Positions 43,413 through 56,422 of a stretch of 64,000 nt of DNA are shown piece by piece (within the stretch, counting starts at the first letter, position 1; every line of letters begins with the position of its first letter). Source of the DNA: Eledone cirrhosa (lineage: Eukaryota); assembly GCA_964016885.1 (NCBI GenBank), contig OZ024740.1:393762001-393826000 (forward strand), written 5' to 3'. Made by a program: the position numbers and the translations under genes. The notes under the pieces are model-generated. The model was not told the DNA's origin. It did not search any database and saw only the letters and a program-made list of their open reading frames with translations.

Positions 43413-43475
<63 letters not shown>

Positions 43476-43600
43476 AGGAAAAGAGGCAGGACCCCGACGG
43501 CAGAGCTCCAGCCGTTTCGACAGCTAGATCCGAACTAAGTATCGAGTACTCTGGTGCGTTATGGTCCACCTGGTATCTTACCACACTTTCTTTATTCTTT
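43476..43600 (-). mobile_element. Relative of the 8530-8722 unit (HHR 3'-half) between microsatellites
   Basis: ggaccccgacggcagagctccagccgtttcgacagcta matches the 8615-8655 arm; the remainder resembles the reverse complement of about 8530-8587. Confidence 0.7.
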
Positions 43601-43601
43601 G

Positions 43602-43653
<52 letters not shown>

Positions 43654-43675
43654 TGTGTGTGTGTGTGTGTATATA

Positions 43676-44564
43676 CGAGGTGTGTCAGAAAGGTTCCGGG
43701 ACTGATGTCACAAAAGATTTATTTCAAACCCAAACTTCACACTGTGTTTTCTCCTTCAAAGTAATCCCCCTGGAGTATGTAACTGTAATCTTAGCTCTCT
43801 GCAGCGATCAAACTTTTTTCTTCATAATTTTATATACATGTCCTCTGTTTCAGGTCGTCAACCAATGAGCACAGAGCAACGAACAAACTTGAAAACTCCG
43901 TCAGAAGCACTGGGATTGCTGCAGCAAGTGTATGGAGATGAGACGATGTCACGTTCACGCGTTTTTGAGTGGTGCAAGAGGTTTAAAGAAGGACGCGAGG
44001 ACGTGGAAGATGACCCCAGGAGCGGAAGGTCCTCAACAACCAGGACTGAGTTCAACTTTGAGCGCGCCAGGCAGATGGTGCGTAGCGATCGTCGGCTGAC
44101 TGTTCGACTGATGGCAAATGAGCTGGACATGAATCGGGACAGCGTCTGGAAGATTCTCACTGAAGATTTGGACATGCGGAAAGTCTGCGCGAAGATGGTG
44201 CCAAAACTGCTGAACGATGACCAGAAGGGTCGACGTATGCAAGTGTGCCAGGACATCCTCGAGCGTCTTGAAACTGAACCAGACTTGCTAGGGACAGTCA
44301 TCACCGGCGATGACTGTCATGGATTTTCGAGTACGACTCGGAGGGGAGCCGTTTTGAAGACGTGGACGACATCAAAAAGGCCGTGACGACAGAACTGCGA
44401 AGGATCCCGGAAGAATTCTTCCAGGAGTGCATGCAAGCGTGGAAGAAAGGGATGGAAAAGTGCATTAGGGGGATTACTTTGAAGGAGAAAACTCTTAGTG
44501 TGAAGTTTCGGTTTGAAATAAATCTTTTGTGACATCAGTCCTGAAACTTTTCTGACCCACCTCG
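43676..44564 (+). mobile_element. Mariner DNA transposon, internally deleted
   Basis: TA flanks at 43674-43675 and 44565-44566; TIRs begin CGAGG and extend about 96 bp. Confidence 0.95.
43838..44498 (+). pseudogene. Mariner transposase remnant (HTH region, MVPKLL, ITGD, then the C-terminus; catalytic core deleted)
   Basis: VFEWCKRFKEGREDVEDDPRSGR, KVCAKMVPKLL and VITGD, joined out of frame to RFEDVDDIK..GDYFEG. Confidence 0.92.
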
Positions 44565-44611
44565 TATATGTGCGCGCGCGTGTGTGTGTGTGTGTATGCG
44601 TGCGCGCACGC

Positions 44612-44652
<41 letters not shown>

Positions 44653-44733
44653 CGCGCGTGTTATGTATTTCCGTAGAAAAGTAAAGGAAAGAAGAGTGCT
44701 CTATATACAGAACAGAGCTATATAATTTGTGTT

Positions 44734-44783
<50 letters not shown>

Positions 44784-44887
44784 GTCTAACCTGATTACTT
44801 TTTTCGTTGTTTTGGTATTGTATGGCTGGGTTTTGCCTGCCGCAATTTTCAATTTGTCAAGCTATCTAAACGTGTGTTATTACTCTA

Positions 44888-45290
44888 TTTCACTTCAATT
44901 TATTATAATAAATTTATAATAAATTTATAAATTTATAAATTTCTGGTTGGTTGGTTGGTTCCACAACCAGATAGTTGTTTATATATTGTCATAGTTCTTT
45001 CGTCACACACTCTGTGACCTCTTCAGTGACTGGGGATTCCTTTCTTTGTTTCTGTGCCTCTCCTTTGTTCTGTCCTACGCCATTTTGTTTCTGTGTGTGT
45101 GTTGTGTGCTCAGTCTGCGCATGCGCCACATCCGAGTATCTGTGTGTGTTTATGAAGAGGTCACAGAGTGTGTGACGAAAGAACTATGACAATATATAAA
45201 CAACTATCTGGTTGTGGAACCAACCATCCAACCAGAAATTTATAAATTTATAAATTTATTATAAATTTATTATAATAAATTGAAGTGAAA
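44888..45290. repeat. Fold-back (about 138 bp arms) of an HHR-bearing pLTR
   Basis: 44888-45025 vs 45153-45290, near-identical. Confidence 0.93.
44988..45030 (-). ncRNA. Minimal type-I hammerhead ribozyme
   Basis: Minus strand gtca-CTGAAGA-g-gtcac[agagtgt]gtgac-GAAA-gaac-TA-tgac. Confidence 0.8.
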
Positions 45291-45339
45291 GCAACTGGTG
45301 CGTGTGTTTCTTATTGGCAACATGACCCTCCCAAAGTAT

Positions 45340-45383
<44 letters not shown>

Positions 45384-46016
45384 GAACCTGGAACCACTTA
45401 GTTGCGGAGTCTACTTCTTAAACACACAATTATGGCAATATATGTACTTTTGCTATACACAATAAAGAAAAAGTAAACATGACACGCAGATTAGAAATCA
45501 TTACCATAAAGGCTCACTCACTTTTCTCGAATTTTCTGATAACTGAAGTAAGCAAAAGCTTTCTGTTAGATATAAATACTTTATTTTGTGCGTCTTTCAT
45601 ACTGTTGTTTTTCTTTAATTCTTTATCTAGACAGAACCATATGTATTCAGCATGACCGCTGATAAAAAAAGAGGGAAGAAAAACAGTAAAGTATGGTATA
45701 TACCAACTGTTGGATATGTGGCAGACAAGGCCGATTACTTGGTATATTGATAAGGGCAACACAATATCTCAGGGTTATAACTGATTAAATGAGGTGGGAT
45801 ATATGCGAGAGAGAGAGAGATAGAGATAGATAGAGATAGAGAGAGAAAGGGAGAGAGAGGAGAGACAAGAAGAGAGAGAAAAGGAGAGTGGTGAGTGAAA
45901 GTAAGAAAGGCGAGAAAGAAAAGTGAAAAGGTGAAGGAGAAGAGATGTTGAATTGAAGAGAGAGAGAGAGATTATATTGAATGAAGGCGAGAGAGAAAAA
46001 AGAGCATAGATACTGA

Positions 46017-46059
<43 letters not shown>

Positions 46060-46184
46060 GGTGATGAAGGAAAGGAGGGTGTTGAAGGAAGATGAGAAAG
46101 AGAAAGAAAGAAGAAATGATGTATTACACCGTCGTTTAAGGGTAACCACTGACGACTAGTCAATCTGAATATGGTTCTAATCAT

Positions 46185-46370
46185 ATAATTGTTTCTACTT
46201 TTGGCACAAGGCCGGCAATTTTACAGTATATTACTGGTACTTTATTTTATCGACCCCGTAAGAATGAAAGGCAAAGTTAACCTCGGTGGGATTTGAACTC
46301 AGACCATAAAGGGCCGCAACTCTTTGCTGCAAAGTATGGCGTCCGACCCTCTACCGACACTGCCAATCCT
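46185..46370 (-). mobile_element. Full-length tRNA-derived SINE
   Basis: A-box, B-box, core and tail on the minus strand. Confidence 0.9.
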
Positions 46371-46509
46371 CTAGCATTCAAATTACATGATGAACATTAT
46401 ATAATTAATGTCGAAATAAAAGTTCTCACAATAACAAGAATTATTTCACATCTTCGTAGATGAACTGTGAAGCATCATTAATGATGTGACCTAGAGTTAT
46501 TGGGTGTTT

Positions 46510-46730
46510 CAGACTTTTTAATATGTCCAGTAGACCCAGCTAGAGTTGATCAGGCCTAGGCAAGCGTTCCAGCAACAACCAGCCACAGACCAGCCCTTTT
46601 CACCCAAAGCAACCTGGAGGCTTTCTCTGCGGCTTGGAATGGATCTTCTCTTCTCTAATTCTATAAAGCCCAATCGGCTGAGGATTTTCAAAAGGCTCAA
46701 GAATCTTCTCCAGCGTCTGTCCTGGTATTT
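46510..46730 (-). mobile_element. Hero-like (REL) LINE 3' fragment
   Basis: Minus-strand KYQD..LLKILSRLG, then in a shifted frame QAAEKASRLLWVKR. Confidence 0.6.
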
Positions 46731-48015
46731 CACACACACCCACACACACATTTAAATAGAATCTCTCAGTTTTAATATGACGAGTGAGAGACAACTTCAG
46801 CCAACAAAGGTTGAAATTCCCTTTAGAGTTATTCAGATAATGAGAAGTAGACAACGTTGATTATTTCTATAGCTACATCTCATCTAATTCCTTTCAAACA
46901 ATTTAAGACAATCCTGTATGAGCGGGACCACGTTAATAACCAGCTGGGTGAAAACAACGGACATGTTCCGATCTCATTAAGTCTCCTCGTTGAAGCATAT
47001 TTGCTCAACAAGTTGATTAAACTAGAACAGCTAAATAGATAGAGAAGGGGGAAAATAATGCACAGACTGTGTTTCAACAAAGAGTTCAGGTAAAATTGTA
47101 CAGGTAGGGGTGGGGGGCGCTCTGCAAAAAGTATATAATACACATATAATAGATTCTCGCAATATGAGTATGGCAAAAGGCAAAGAACTTTATTCAATTG
47201 AGACTATCCGCGCAATTTCAAAACTGAAACTCCGTTTAGAGAGGATTCAGATAATGAGAATTAGGCAAATGGATATACTCTTTAGTGAGAAAACAGAACA
47301 ACTAGTGCTTACAAATTAAGTCCTTTGAATTGTTTATTCTTCATCAAGTTACAGACACCCCATTGCATTGCACCAGTTATTGGCTTCTTGGGAACATGTA
47401 ATCAATGATCATTGTTTATCCACTGTGATACAAGAGAACATTTATAATAAATATATAAACTGAAACATAAGTATTGAACTTATGGCTGGGCCAGTATCAC
47501 ATTTGTTTGGCTATCGATTATATTGTAAATGAGTATGAGAGAAAGAGAAAGATCCAAAGCGAATTAGGTCTTGAATCCAGACTAGTAACACTGACTAAAC
47601 AGGCTGGTGACTGCTCAGAGCTAGAGGCTTATTTTCACTGCTGCGCTAGAGCACGTTCCATTTCCGTTTCAATATTTGAGCATTGTTTTCCGTGACAATT
47701 TTTCAGCCTTTTCTTTCTTTTTTGCCTAGGTCAGCGGCCCACTGAGCAGTATTCAAATGACCACATGACCTGTCCATCCCTAAGAGAGTGAAGGGGAGGG
47801 AGAAAGACAGAGATAGAGTGAGTGTAATTTAGAGAGGAAGAGAGAGTGAAAGAAAAAGATGGAGAAGGGTGTAGCGTATTTGTATGTGCTTGTGATCTGA
47901 CAGAATAGATGTGTATAAATAGAAATGAGAAAGAGAGAGAGTGAAGAGAAAGAGAGTGAGAGAAGAGAAAGAAACTGAGAGAGTATGTAAACGGGAAATT
48001 GTTTGAGAGCAAGAG

Positions 48016-48072
<57 letters not shown>

Positions 48073-48219
48073 TAGAGAGAGAGAGCGAGAGAAAGAGAGA
48101 GAATAGAAATGTTACTTGTGAGTATATAAAAGAGAATAGTGTGAGAAGTTAGGAGAGAGAAAGGGAGAGGAAACTTGCTTGTTGGAATATGAAGGCCAAA
48201 TAGCTTAAGAGTAAGTGAA

Positions 48220-48650
48220 ACAGAGAAAGAGGGGGGGGGGGGGTTGCAAAGAGTGAGAGCAGTAGAGAAAGGGGGTATTGCGAAAAGTAAGAGAAACTGT
48301 GAAAGGTGAGAGGGAGAGTGTTGCAAAGAGTGAGAGCAACAGAGAAAGGGGGGAGGGTGTTGCAAAGAGTGAGAGAAACTGAGAAAGGGGAGGGGGAGAT
48401 AGTGTTGCAAAGAGTGAGAGCAACAGAGAAAGGGGGAGAGAGTGTTGCAAAGAGTGAGAGCAACTGAGAAAAGGGGGAGGGTGTTACAAAGAGTGAGAGC
48501 AATCAGAGAAAGGGGGAAAAGAGTGTTGCAAAGAGTGAGAGCAACTGAGAAAGGGGAGGAGGAGAGAGTGATGCAAAGAGTGAGAAAAACTGAGAAAAGG
48601 GGAGAGAGTGTTGTAAAGAGTGAGAGCAACAGAGAAAGGGGACAAAGAGA
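48220..48650. repeat. Purine-rich minisatellite, unit about 39-45 bp
   Basis: Repeats of gtgttgcaaagagtgagagcaac(a/t)gagaaaggg. Confidence 0.92.
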
Positions 48651-50446
48651 GAGAAGCAAACATTGAAAAGCGAAGCAACAGAAAAAAAAGGGAAAACTTA
48701 AGAGAAAAAGAGAAATGTTGTTTTGCCTATTAATATTTTGGAAAAACATTTGAACTTGGTGGTTTTCGTTTTATCTTTCGGCCTTAATTATCTACCTTAC
48801 GAATTCCAATTCTACTGGCCTGGTTGACTTCTCGTAGGAAACGGACACGATTTTAGAGACTGGATTTGGTACGCACTGGATTGTGGACCATCATGCGTGA
48901 AAGCTAGGATATTCATTCTGGTTATGAATTTGGCATTTCTGTTTACTAAACACTTACGATATTATGACTAGCATTAGAAAATATATTTATATTTGGGTTT
49001 GAGTCTTGTCAACAAATTAGATATATTGCTCATTCAACATTCCATTTCTTCATTCATTTAACGGTTTAATGGTTTAATGGTTCAGGAGATTGCAGCACCT
49101 TGACGTAATTATGCCCACTACATACATACATACATACATACATACATACATACATACATACATACATACATACATACCTGTATGCATACATACATACTTG
49201 CATATCTACTCTCTATCTACCTATACACAAAGATATATGATATTTGTAAAATAAGTTACCTGATTTGTTTCCCTTTTAATTACTCGAAGGGAAGAGCTAT
49301 GTGTAAGAAATTTGTAAACATTCTTACTCAAATGAGATTAATGTTGTCGATAATTATTTTGAATGTTTGTAGGTTGACGTTTGGAAGGGCATTCAAAGAG
49401 ATGAATTCCTGGGGAAGAATGTTTTGGTGCAAGAATCGAGAGTGAAACAGAGTATGGATAATGAGAAGTAAGTGTATCAGTTGAACTTTAACCACTTGAA
49501 ACCGCTTGAAACCGCTTGAAACCGTCCCTAGTTCTAAGATACAAAACTGTTTTTAAATGTTTATATTTATCTAAAAAACATAATATAATTTTATATAAGA
49601 ACCTTTGCTAAGTTATTCTCCAAACACCAGCTTGATAACGAATAAATGAATTATTTTACCAAACTCTTCCATATTTTTGATTATTATCAAAATTATTTGA
49701 AAATTATAAGCAGCGTTTTGATAATAAATATGATATCAAATTAAAATCCTTTGTTGAGCTGATTCGCAAGGTTGTGAGTTATGAAAAATGTGTACATGTA
49801 TGTGTTGATGTTCTCTCTCTTTCAGTCACTGTCCCGTCTCTTTCGCTCTCTCCATCTCTCAATATTATATGCAAATGGGAGCCCACGCGTCGGCCACCCC
49901 AAGAGGCCAATTTTCTTATATCGAGAGCTTTGCACACCTGCCGACTGTGCAAAACACGGTAAGTCACTTGGAGGTATAAAAAGACATATCCATCCGCAAC
50001 ACCCACAGGACTCAAGCGGAAGTCGTTTGATAGCAATACATGATCACGGGGTAGCTGCCATCATGTATGTATGTATGCGTAGGGATATGGAAATACTTTG
50101 TTAGCTCACCGGGAGTGAGAGACTTTTAGTTCTACGAGAAAGAAAACTCTGATGTAAAACCTGCAGCCAAAGATGTAGGTCTGTTCTTCTTTTTGGATAC
50201 CTGTCACCATTATTCAGAGAGTGGGATTGGTCCAGTGTAAAGCCTTTCTGCATTTCACGAAGCTTTAAGATCAGGTATTACTTGATCTACGTGTGTTGCG
50301 TGAGCATGGCTTTTTCATTTTTCTTTCGCTGCAGCATATGCAGATAGGAATCTAAGTCCTTGGGAGGGTTACAAAGTCATGTTCATGCCACCCATTTATG
50401 AAAAAAAGGTCAAGAGATGGCAATTCTCAAACCCGAAATACTGCCA

Positions 50447-50447
<1 letters not shown>

Positions 50448-50477
<30 letters not shown>

Positions 50478-51982
50478 TGTATGTATGTATGTATGTATGA
50501 GTGGGACTGGCTTTGTGCAGTGCCTTTGCTCACTATAAAAGCTTCACGGCACAGGCATTGCTTTGTATCTGGAGATCTCTCTGCACTTGTCATTACATGG
50601 TACCATGGGCCCAGCACTATGTGTCAATAATTGTCACAAGTGTAGTGTTTGTACCAGAGTTTTCAAGTCGCTGGCCTGACTAAAAAGTCACACTTGTTTA
50701 TGTCAGGTCACCAGTGGTGCTACTGGTAACATGTATCCCAGTACAACCTGTCTCATGGTCGGGTCGTTGGCGACTAAACTGGCAACCCCACCAAGGTTCC
50801 TTGGTGAGGAGGGTGACTTTGGACATCCTGCAGGACTAAAAACAAAACCTGTCAAAGGGCAAAGGAGCTCTTAAGAGTCAATGGCCATCCAAAATCACCG
50901 GGAGAGATGACCCCTTAGCCTTTGTCAAGGCAGAATTCTAGGAGAAGGAAAACTCTGATATAACACCTGCAACTCTGATGGTATCCAATGATGTTGACAT
51001 GTTCTTCTTTTTGGTAAATATCATCTTGGTTAAGAGAGTGGGACTGGCTTTGTGCAGTGCCTTTGCTCACTATAAAAGCTTCACGGCACAGGCATTGCTT
51101 TATATCTGGAGATCTCTCTGCACTTGCCATCACATGGTACCATGGGCCCAGCACTATGTGTCAATAATTGTCACAAGTGTAGTGTTTGTACCAGAGTTTT
51201 CAAGTCGCTGGCCTGACTAAAAAGTCACACTTGTTTAGCGCATCAGTAGGGGTTCTCCTACATGGATATAAAGTAGTGGCCGTACTCGAAAACGAGTTGG
51301 CAGCCACCATGTATGTATGTATGTATGTATGTATGTATGTATGTATGTACAACCTGTCTCATGGTCGGGTCGTTGGCGACTAAACTGGCAACTCCACCAA
51401 GGTTTCTTGGTGAGGAGGGTGACTTTGGACATCCTGCAGGACTAAAAACAAAACCTGTCAAAGGGCAAAGGAGCTCTTAAGAGTCAATGGCCATCCAAAA
51501 TCACCGGGAGAGATGACCCCTTAGCCTTTGTCAAGGCATAATTCTAGGAGAAAGAAAACTCTGATATAACACCTGCAACCCTGATGGTATCCAATGATGT
51601 TGACTTGTTCTTCTTTTTGGTAAATATCATCTTGGTTAAGAGAGTGGGACTGGCTTTGTGCAGAGCCTTTGCTCACTATAAAAGCTTCACGGCACAGGCA
51701 TTGCTTTATATCTGGAGATCCCTCTGCGCTTGTCGTCACATGGTACCATGGGCCCAGCACTATGTGTCAATAATGGTCACAAGTGTAGTGTTTGTACCAG
51801 AGTTTTCAAGTCGCTGGTTGGACTAAAAAGTCACACTTGTTCAGCGCATCGGTAGGGTTCTCCTACATGGATATAAAGTAGTGGCCGTACTCGAAAACGA
51901 GTTGGCAGCCACCTTGTATGTATGTATGTATGTATGTATGTATGTATGTATGTATGTATGTATGTATGTATGTATGTATGTA
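50448..51982 (+). mobile_element. Second tandem array of the RTE-derived (ATGT)n-tailed element
   Basis: Units at about 50499-50697 (partial), 50703-51309 and 51347-51913, highly similar to the 19.8-21.3 kb units. Confidence 0.88.
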
Positions 51983-52549
51983 TAAATGTCAATGACCGTT
52001 TTATTAATGTTTTGTAACGCGTGTATTGATTTATTGATTATGATAGACAGTAAAGTATGGCTCCATAAAAATGTATGTACCGTCAATTTTTATAGCTGTA
52101 TACAGAAGAGAGCCAATGTCCAGATTGATAGAGTACCAAACATGCAGCCAAGAGGTTGGTTGTTCATATAATGTTACTGACACTGTATTTTCTCTGTGGT
52201 AAAGACACTTAACTCTTAATAGACTTGTACATCAAACGCTTTTTGATCAGGTCTGACTTTAGCCTAAAAACTACCGGCATCAAAACAACATACAATAGAA
52301 CTATATTGTCAATGATTCTTGTTTATCGATACATGATTTGGGTAAGGCTTCAAAAACACAACTCGACGTTCTATTTTCAGAAAAGTTGATTCCACCTGTG
52401 ACTATCTCTTCTTTTTCGAACTGTGTAGACAAACCTAATTTAAAGATGATTAGGGTCCCTACGGACACCTATACGTCATTAAAGGAAAACTTTCCTAAGG
52501 ACGTGGGTAATCCTTGTGTTAAACCCATTAACCACGTCCTTTTAAAAAG

Positions 52550-55500
52550 TCCCCCCCCCCCCCCCCTCACCCGCCCCCGCCCCCACCCCAGACACCCCCA
52601 CCCCACCAAACATCTCTGTCCCCACCCCGCCGGAAACCACGACCCACCCAGACAACTCCTCTAACACCCCATGGAAACCGAGCGGCCTGATCCCCGGGAG
52701 ACGAAGAGGTGAGTGTTTTCTTCTCCTCTTTTAAATTTTCAGAACCAACATGGCCAATATAAGAGTTGGGTGTGTCAATATACGCGGCCTGGGGATGCCC
52801 TGGAAACAGGGCAAACTCTTAAACGACATCAGGTCGCACAGTATGGATGTAGTAGCCATTTGCGAGTCCAGGATCCACAGCGAGCGACAGCCTACTCCCA
52901 TCTTCGATGACTTTGAGATCTACGCATCTCTCTGTCAGCCGGGGGGTGGGTGCGGGGTTGCCGTTTTGCTGCGGAAACACCTGGGCCTCGTAACACAGAC
53001 GGTACATCTGGACCCGGAAGGTCGACTGGTGGTCCTAGATGTTGACGGTAGTGAAGGTGGAGCCTTCAGGCTGGTGGCCGCATATGCCCCATCCGGGACA
53101 CCGCGGCCAGACTTCTTCAAACGTCTATAGACTTTTCTGGGAACGTCCCGCTCCTTGCTTTTAGTGGGGGACTGGAATGGAATCCTAGATGCACGTTGGG
53201 ACTAAGTGGGAGCATGTCCCGATAAAGGGGGGGGGGGGGTGTAACAGCCTCAAACAGTTAATCGGCCGATTTGACCTGGCCGATAGATATCGACTAGATT
53301 TTCCGACTGTGCCACTGTGGACGTGGACTAATCGTGGCGGAACATCTAGATCGTACCTAGATAGGGTTTTAGTTAGAAATAAGGATAGGGACATGTTAAG
53401 CTGTCCACAAATGTTCATGGTTGCCTATTCAGATCACAAACTAGTGACCTGCATAGTCAACCTTGATAGAACCCATAGACAAGGACCCGGCTACTGGAAG
53501 CTGAACTTGTCGTTACCGACATGCAAAGCCTACAGTAGACGGATTAGCACTTTATTTAAACAGCACTTGACAGGGGCCATTGTCAACAACAGATGGTGGT
53601 ACTCTCTCAAGAGGGCAGTTAGATTAGACTCGTTAGTTTTTAGTAAAGAATTAGCGTTAGATAGAAATAGAACCGAGAAAGAACTGGTAGATAAAGTAGA
53701 AGAGGCAATTAGAAGTGGCAACGTAGCCAGCGTGCTAGCAACGAGAACGGCCTTGGACCAGTTCTTAGACGCAAAGCATGAGGGCTGCGTTGTCAGAAGC
53801 AAAATACGTGCTCTGGGAAACGAGGGAGCCAAAGCTGTTAGCTGGGCCCGAGTGACGGAGGCCAAAGGTGGCAACAAGTCCACGATTCGGTCTTTGAAGG
53901 ACCAAAACGGATGTGTGATACGTGAGCCGAAGCAGATGTGTGCGGCCTCTCAGCGGCACTTTTGCTCAGCTGTTCGGTTGGGCGGCGCAGCCGGGAGGGG
54001 CTATGGATTTCGGTCCATACCTCGACGGCCTACCGCGACTTTCGGACAGCGAGGCAAAGTTCTGCGAAAAGCCGATTTCAGCCGCTGAGATAGGGGACGC
54101 GTTGAGCCAATGCGGCAAACGCAAATCTTCAGGTCTCGACGGTCTACCCTACGAATTTTACGTAGCAATGCCGGACTTATTCTCCGGTCTCCTGGAAGCG
54201 GTCTACTGCAACTGGCAACAGAACAGGAGAATTCCCAGTCCTGTGACCGGGCGCGTAGTCACACTAGTCAGGAAGGACGAGAATAAGGGGGATGACATAG
54301 GCAACTTCCGACCCATAACTCTGCTAAACACAGAGTTACAGATTTTGGCCAAGGTGTTGGCAAAGAGGCTGGCGCTTGTCATCGAGAACCTGGTGGGAGA
54401 AGCGCAGACATGCGCATTCCCAACCAGGTCCATACACAACAACCTCCACCTTATGCGATACATCATAGAGAGGGTAGGGTGTAAACCCGGCTTCGGTGGG
54501 GCCCTGATCAACTTGGATCAGTCTAAGGCTTTCGATAGGGTTGACCATCGTTACTTGGATGCAGTGCTCGAGGTGGCAGGCTTCGGACCCATGTTCAGGG
54601 GCTGGATTGCTGCAATGCACAACAGCAACATCTGCTCAAGGGTCAAGGTGAACGGCTACCTCTCGGATCCGTTCCATATCACGCGATCCATTCGACAGGG
54701 ATGCCCTCTCTCCTCCCTTCTGTACGTATTGACTCTCGAGCCACTACTGCGAAAGTTAGAGCTATTGCAGGGCATCCCTCTGGAACCGGGACTGCGGAAA
54801 ACGGCGTCGGCCTACGCCGACGACGTGACAGTAATGGTGTCGAGCGCCTCGCAATTCGAGGAAGTCGGCACCTTACTGAAGGAATACGAAAGGTTCACAG
54901 GAGCGAAGTTGAACCGGGACAAGTCCATCGGTTTGCAACTCGGATCGTGGAGAGGCAAACCGATGCTTTCCGATGGCGTCGTCGGACGCTGGACGGAAGG
55001 ACCAGTAAAGCTGCTCGGGGTCTGGTTTGGTCCGGACCTCCAGGTGAAGAAGAACTGGAACGAGGTGTCGGCCAAGGTGTTTGCACTCACCCAGAAGTGT
55101 GCCGAGTGCAAACTATCCTTGAAAGGTCGAGCGGAGGTGGCGAACACTTTTATAGCGTCCGCCATCTACTACCGCTTGACCGTCGTGCCTTGTCCAGCCA
55201 AAATGGAGCGCGCGCTCTTCCAATTCCTTTGGAAGAGGCGGGCTCCTTTGGTGAAAAGATCCATCTGCTGCCAACGCCCTTCCAACGGAGGGCTGGGGAT
55301 GCCGTGGCTGAAGATGCGCAAACACGCGCTCAGGCTGCGGCATCTCTACGTATTCCTCACCGGACAACCAGTGTGGGCCCCGTTCGTGAGGCGAGCCTTC
55401 CCACGACTCGTCTCGCTGACCGAGCTGCAGTCCTGGGTCAAGCAAAGACCGAGGAAAATGGGCGACTGGCACATCGAATGTGCTCAGGCGCTCACAGCCC

Positions 55501-56422
55501 TCTGGCAGGCGGACCTGGCGATCAGTGGAGACTCCACTTCGTCATTCTATAGAGGGTTGATCCGCAGCAAGTGCGACGACTGCTCGGTGAAATCCTGGGC
55601 GTAGAGGAAGACGAACTGGCCAGACTGTTCGGTAGGACCTTCGGCCCGGGACCGATGGACAACTTCCAAAAGTCCCTGGCCTGGCAGTGCTACCGAGGAG
55701 CTCTACCAGTTCGAGACAAACTCTACAGACAAGGGCGCCCGGGCAGGGACCCTGCAAAAAAGATCTGTCCGAGGTGCGTACGAGACGAAGAAACCGTTGC
55801 GCACGCATTCATACACTGCCCGGGCGTCACCGACTTGTGGGGCTATGTGGAACGACTATTGTCGCGGGTGGGACCAATTCAGTTGACCACCGAGTCCATT
55901 GTCATGATCAAACCGCCACCCTCCTTCAAAAACGAAGGAGAGGCGGTTTTCCTTTGTGTGATAACTATGGCGAAAGAGGTTGTATGGTAGACAAGGTTGA
56001 AAGGGCTGAGGTTAGACACCTTTCTCTCCGGCCAACAACTGATTCTTTTTTTCAAATACCACTTTGGAAGAAGAATCAGGATGGAGAGAGAGGTGCTGTA
56101 CCCCAGCAAATTTTATGAAAGGTGCGTGAAAGTGGCGAGAATGGCCCGAGTGAATGGGCCTTCTCTCTATATCAGCCTGTAGGTTGAGGAAAAAGAGAAG
56201 GAGGAGAGGAAAGGAGTACAAACTCTTCGTACTCCTGGAGATGAGGGTTGCACATTTTTTTTCGGGGGTATGTGTTACCCATATGAAATGTCTCCCCTAT
56301 TGGTGAAAAATCGATTAATTTTTAAATTGCATTTGTGATAATATTTTACACGTTTTTATTGTATGTAAACTTCCTCCTTTGTATTTGTCCCCTTCCTTTG
56401 TGCCCCTGTGGCTAATAAAGAA
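52550..56422 (+). mobile_element. Tx1/L1-clade LINE, 5'-truncated within ORF1
   Basis: GC-rich block; Pro-rich ORF1 tail, full ORF2 span, T-rich 3' UTR with AATAAA at about 56414. Confidence 0.9.
52750..56182 (+). pseudogene. Tx1-like ORF2: APE endonuclease, reverse transcriptase and CCHC zinc knuckle, disrupted
   Basis: VGCVNIRG, ICES, GDWN, YLDR, SDH; RPITLLN, LDQSKAFDRVDH, RQGCPLS, YADD; CPRC..ETVAHAFIHC; stops at 53130 and 55990 plus at least three frameshifts. Confidence 0.95.

Noticed and set aside
48220-48650. CRISPR-like repeat periodicity
   Set aside because: Spacers are short purine runs rather than unique sequence; eukaryotic minisatellite with no cas genes
54701-55552. 283-aa overlapping ORF within the Tx1 RT
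   Set aside because: Alternative frame kept open by high GC; no motifs
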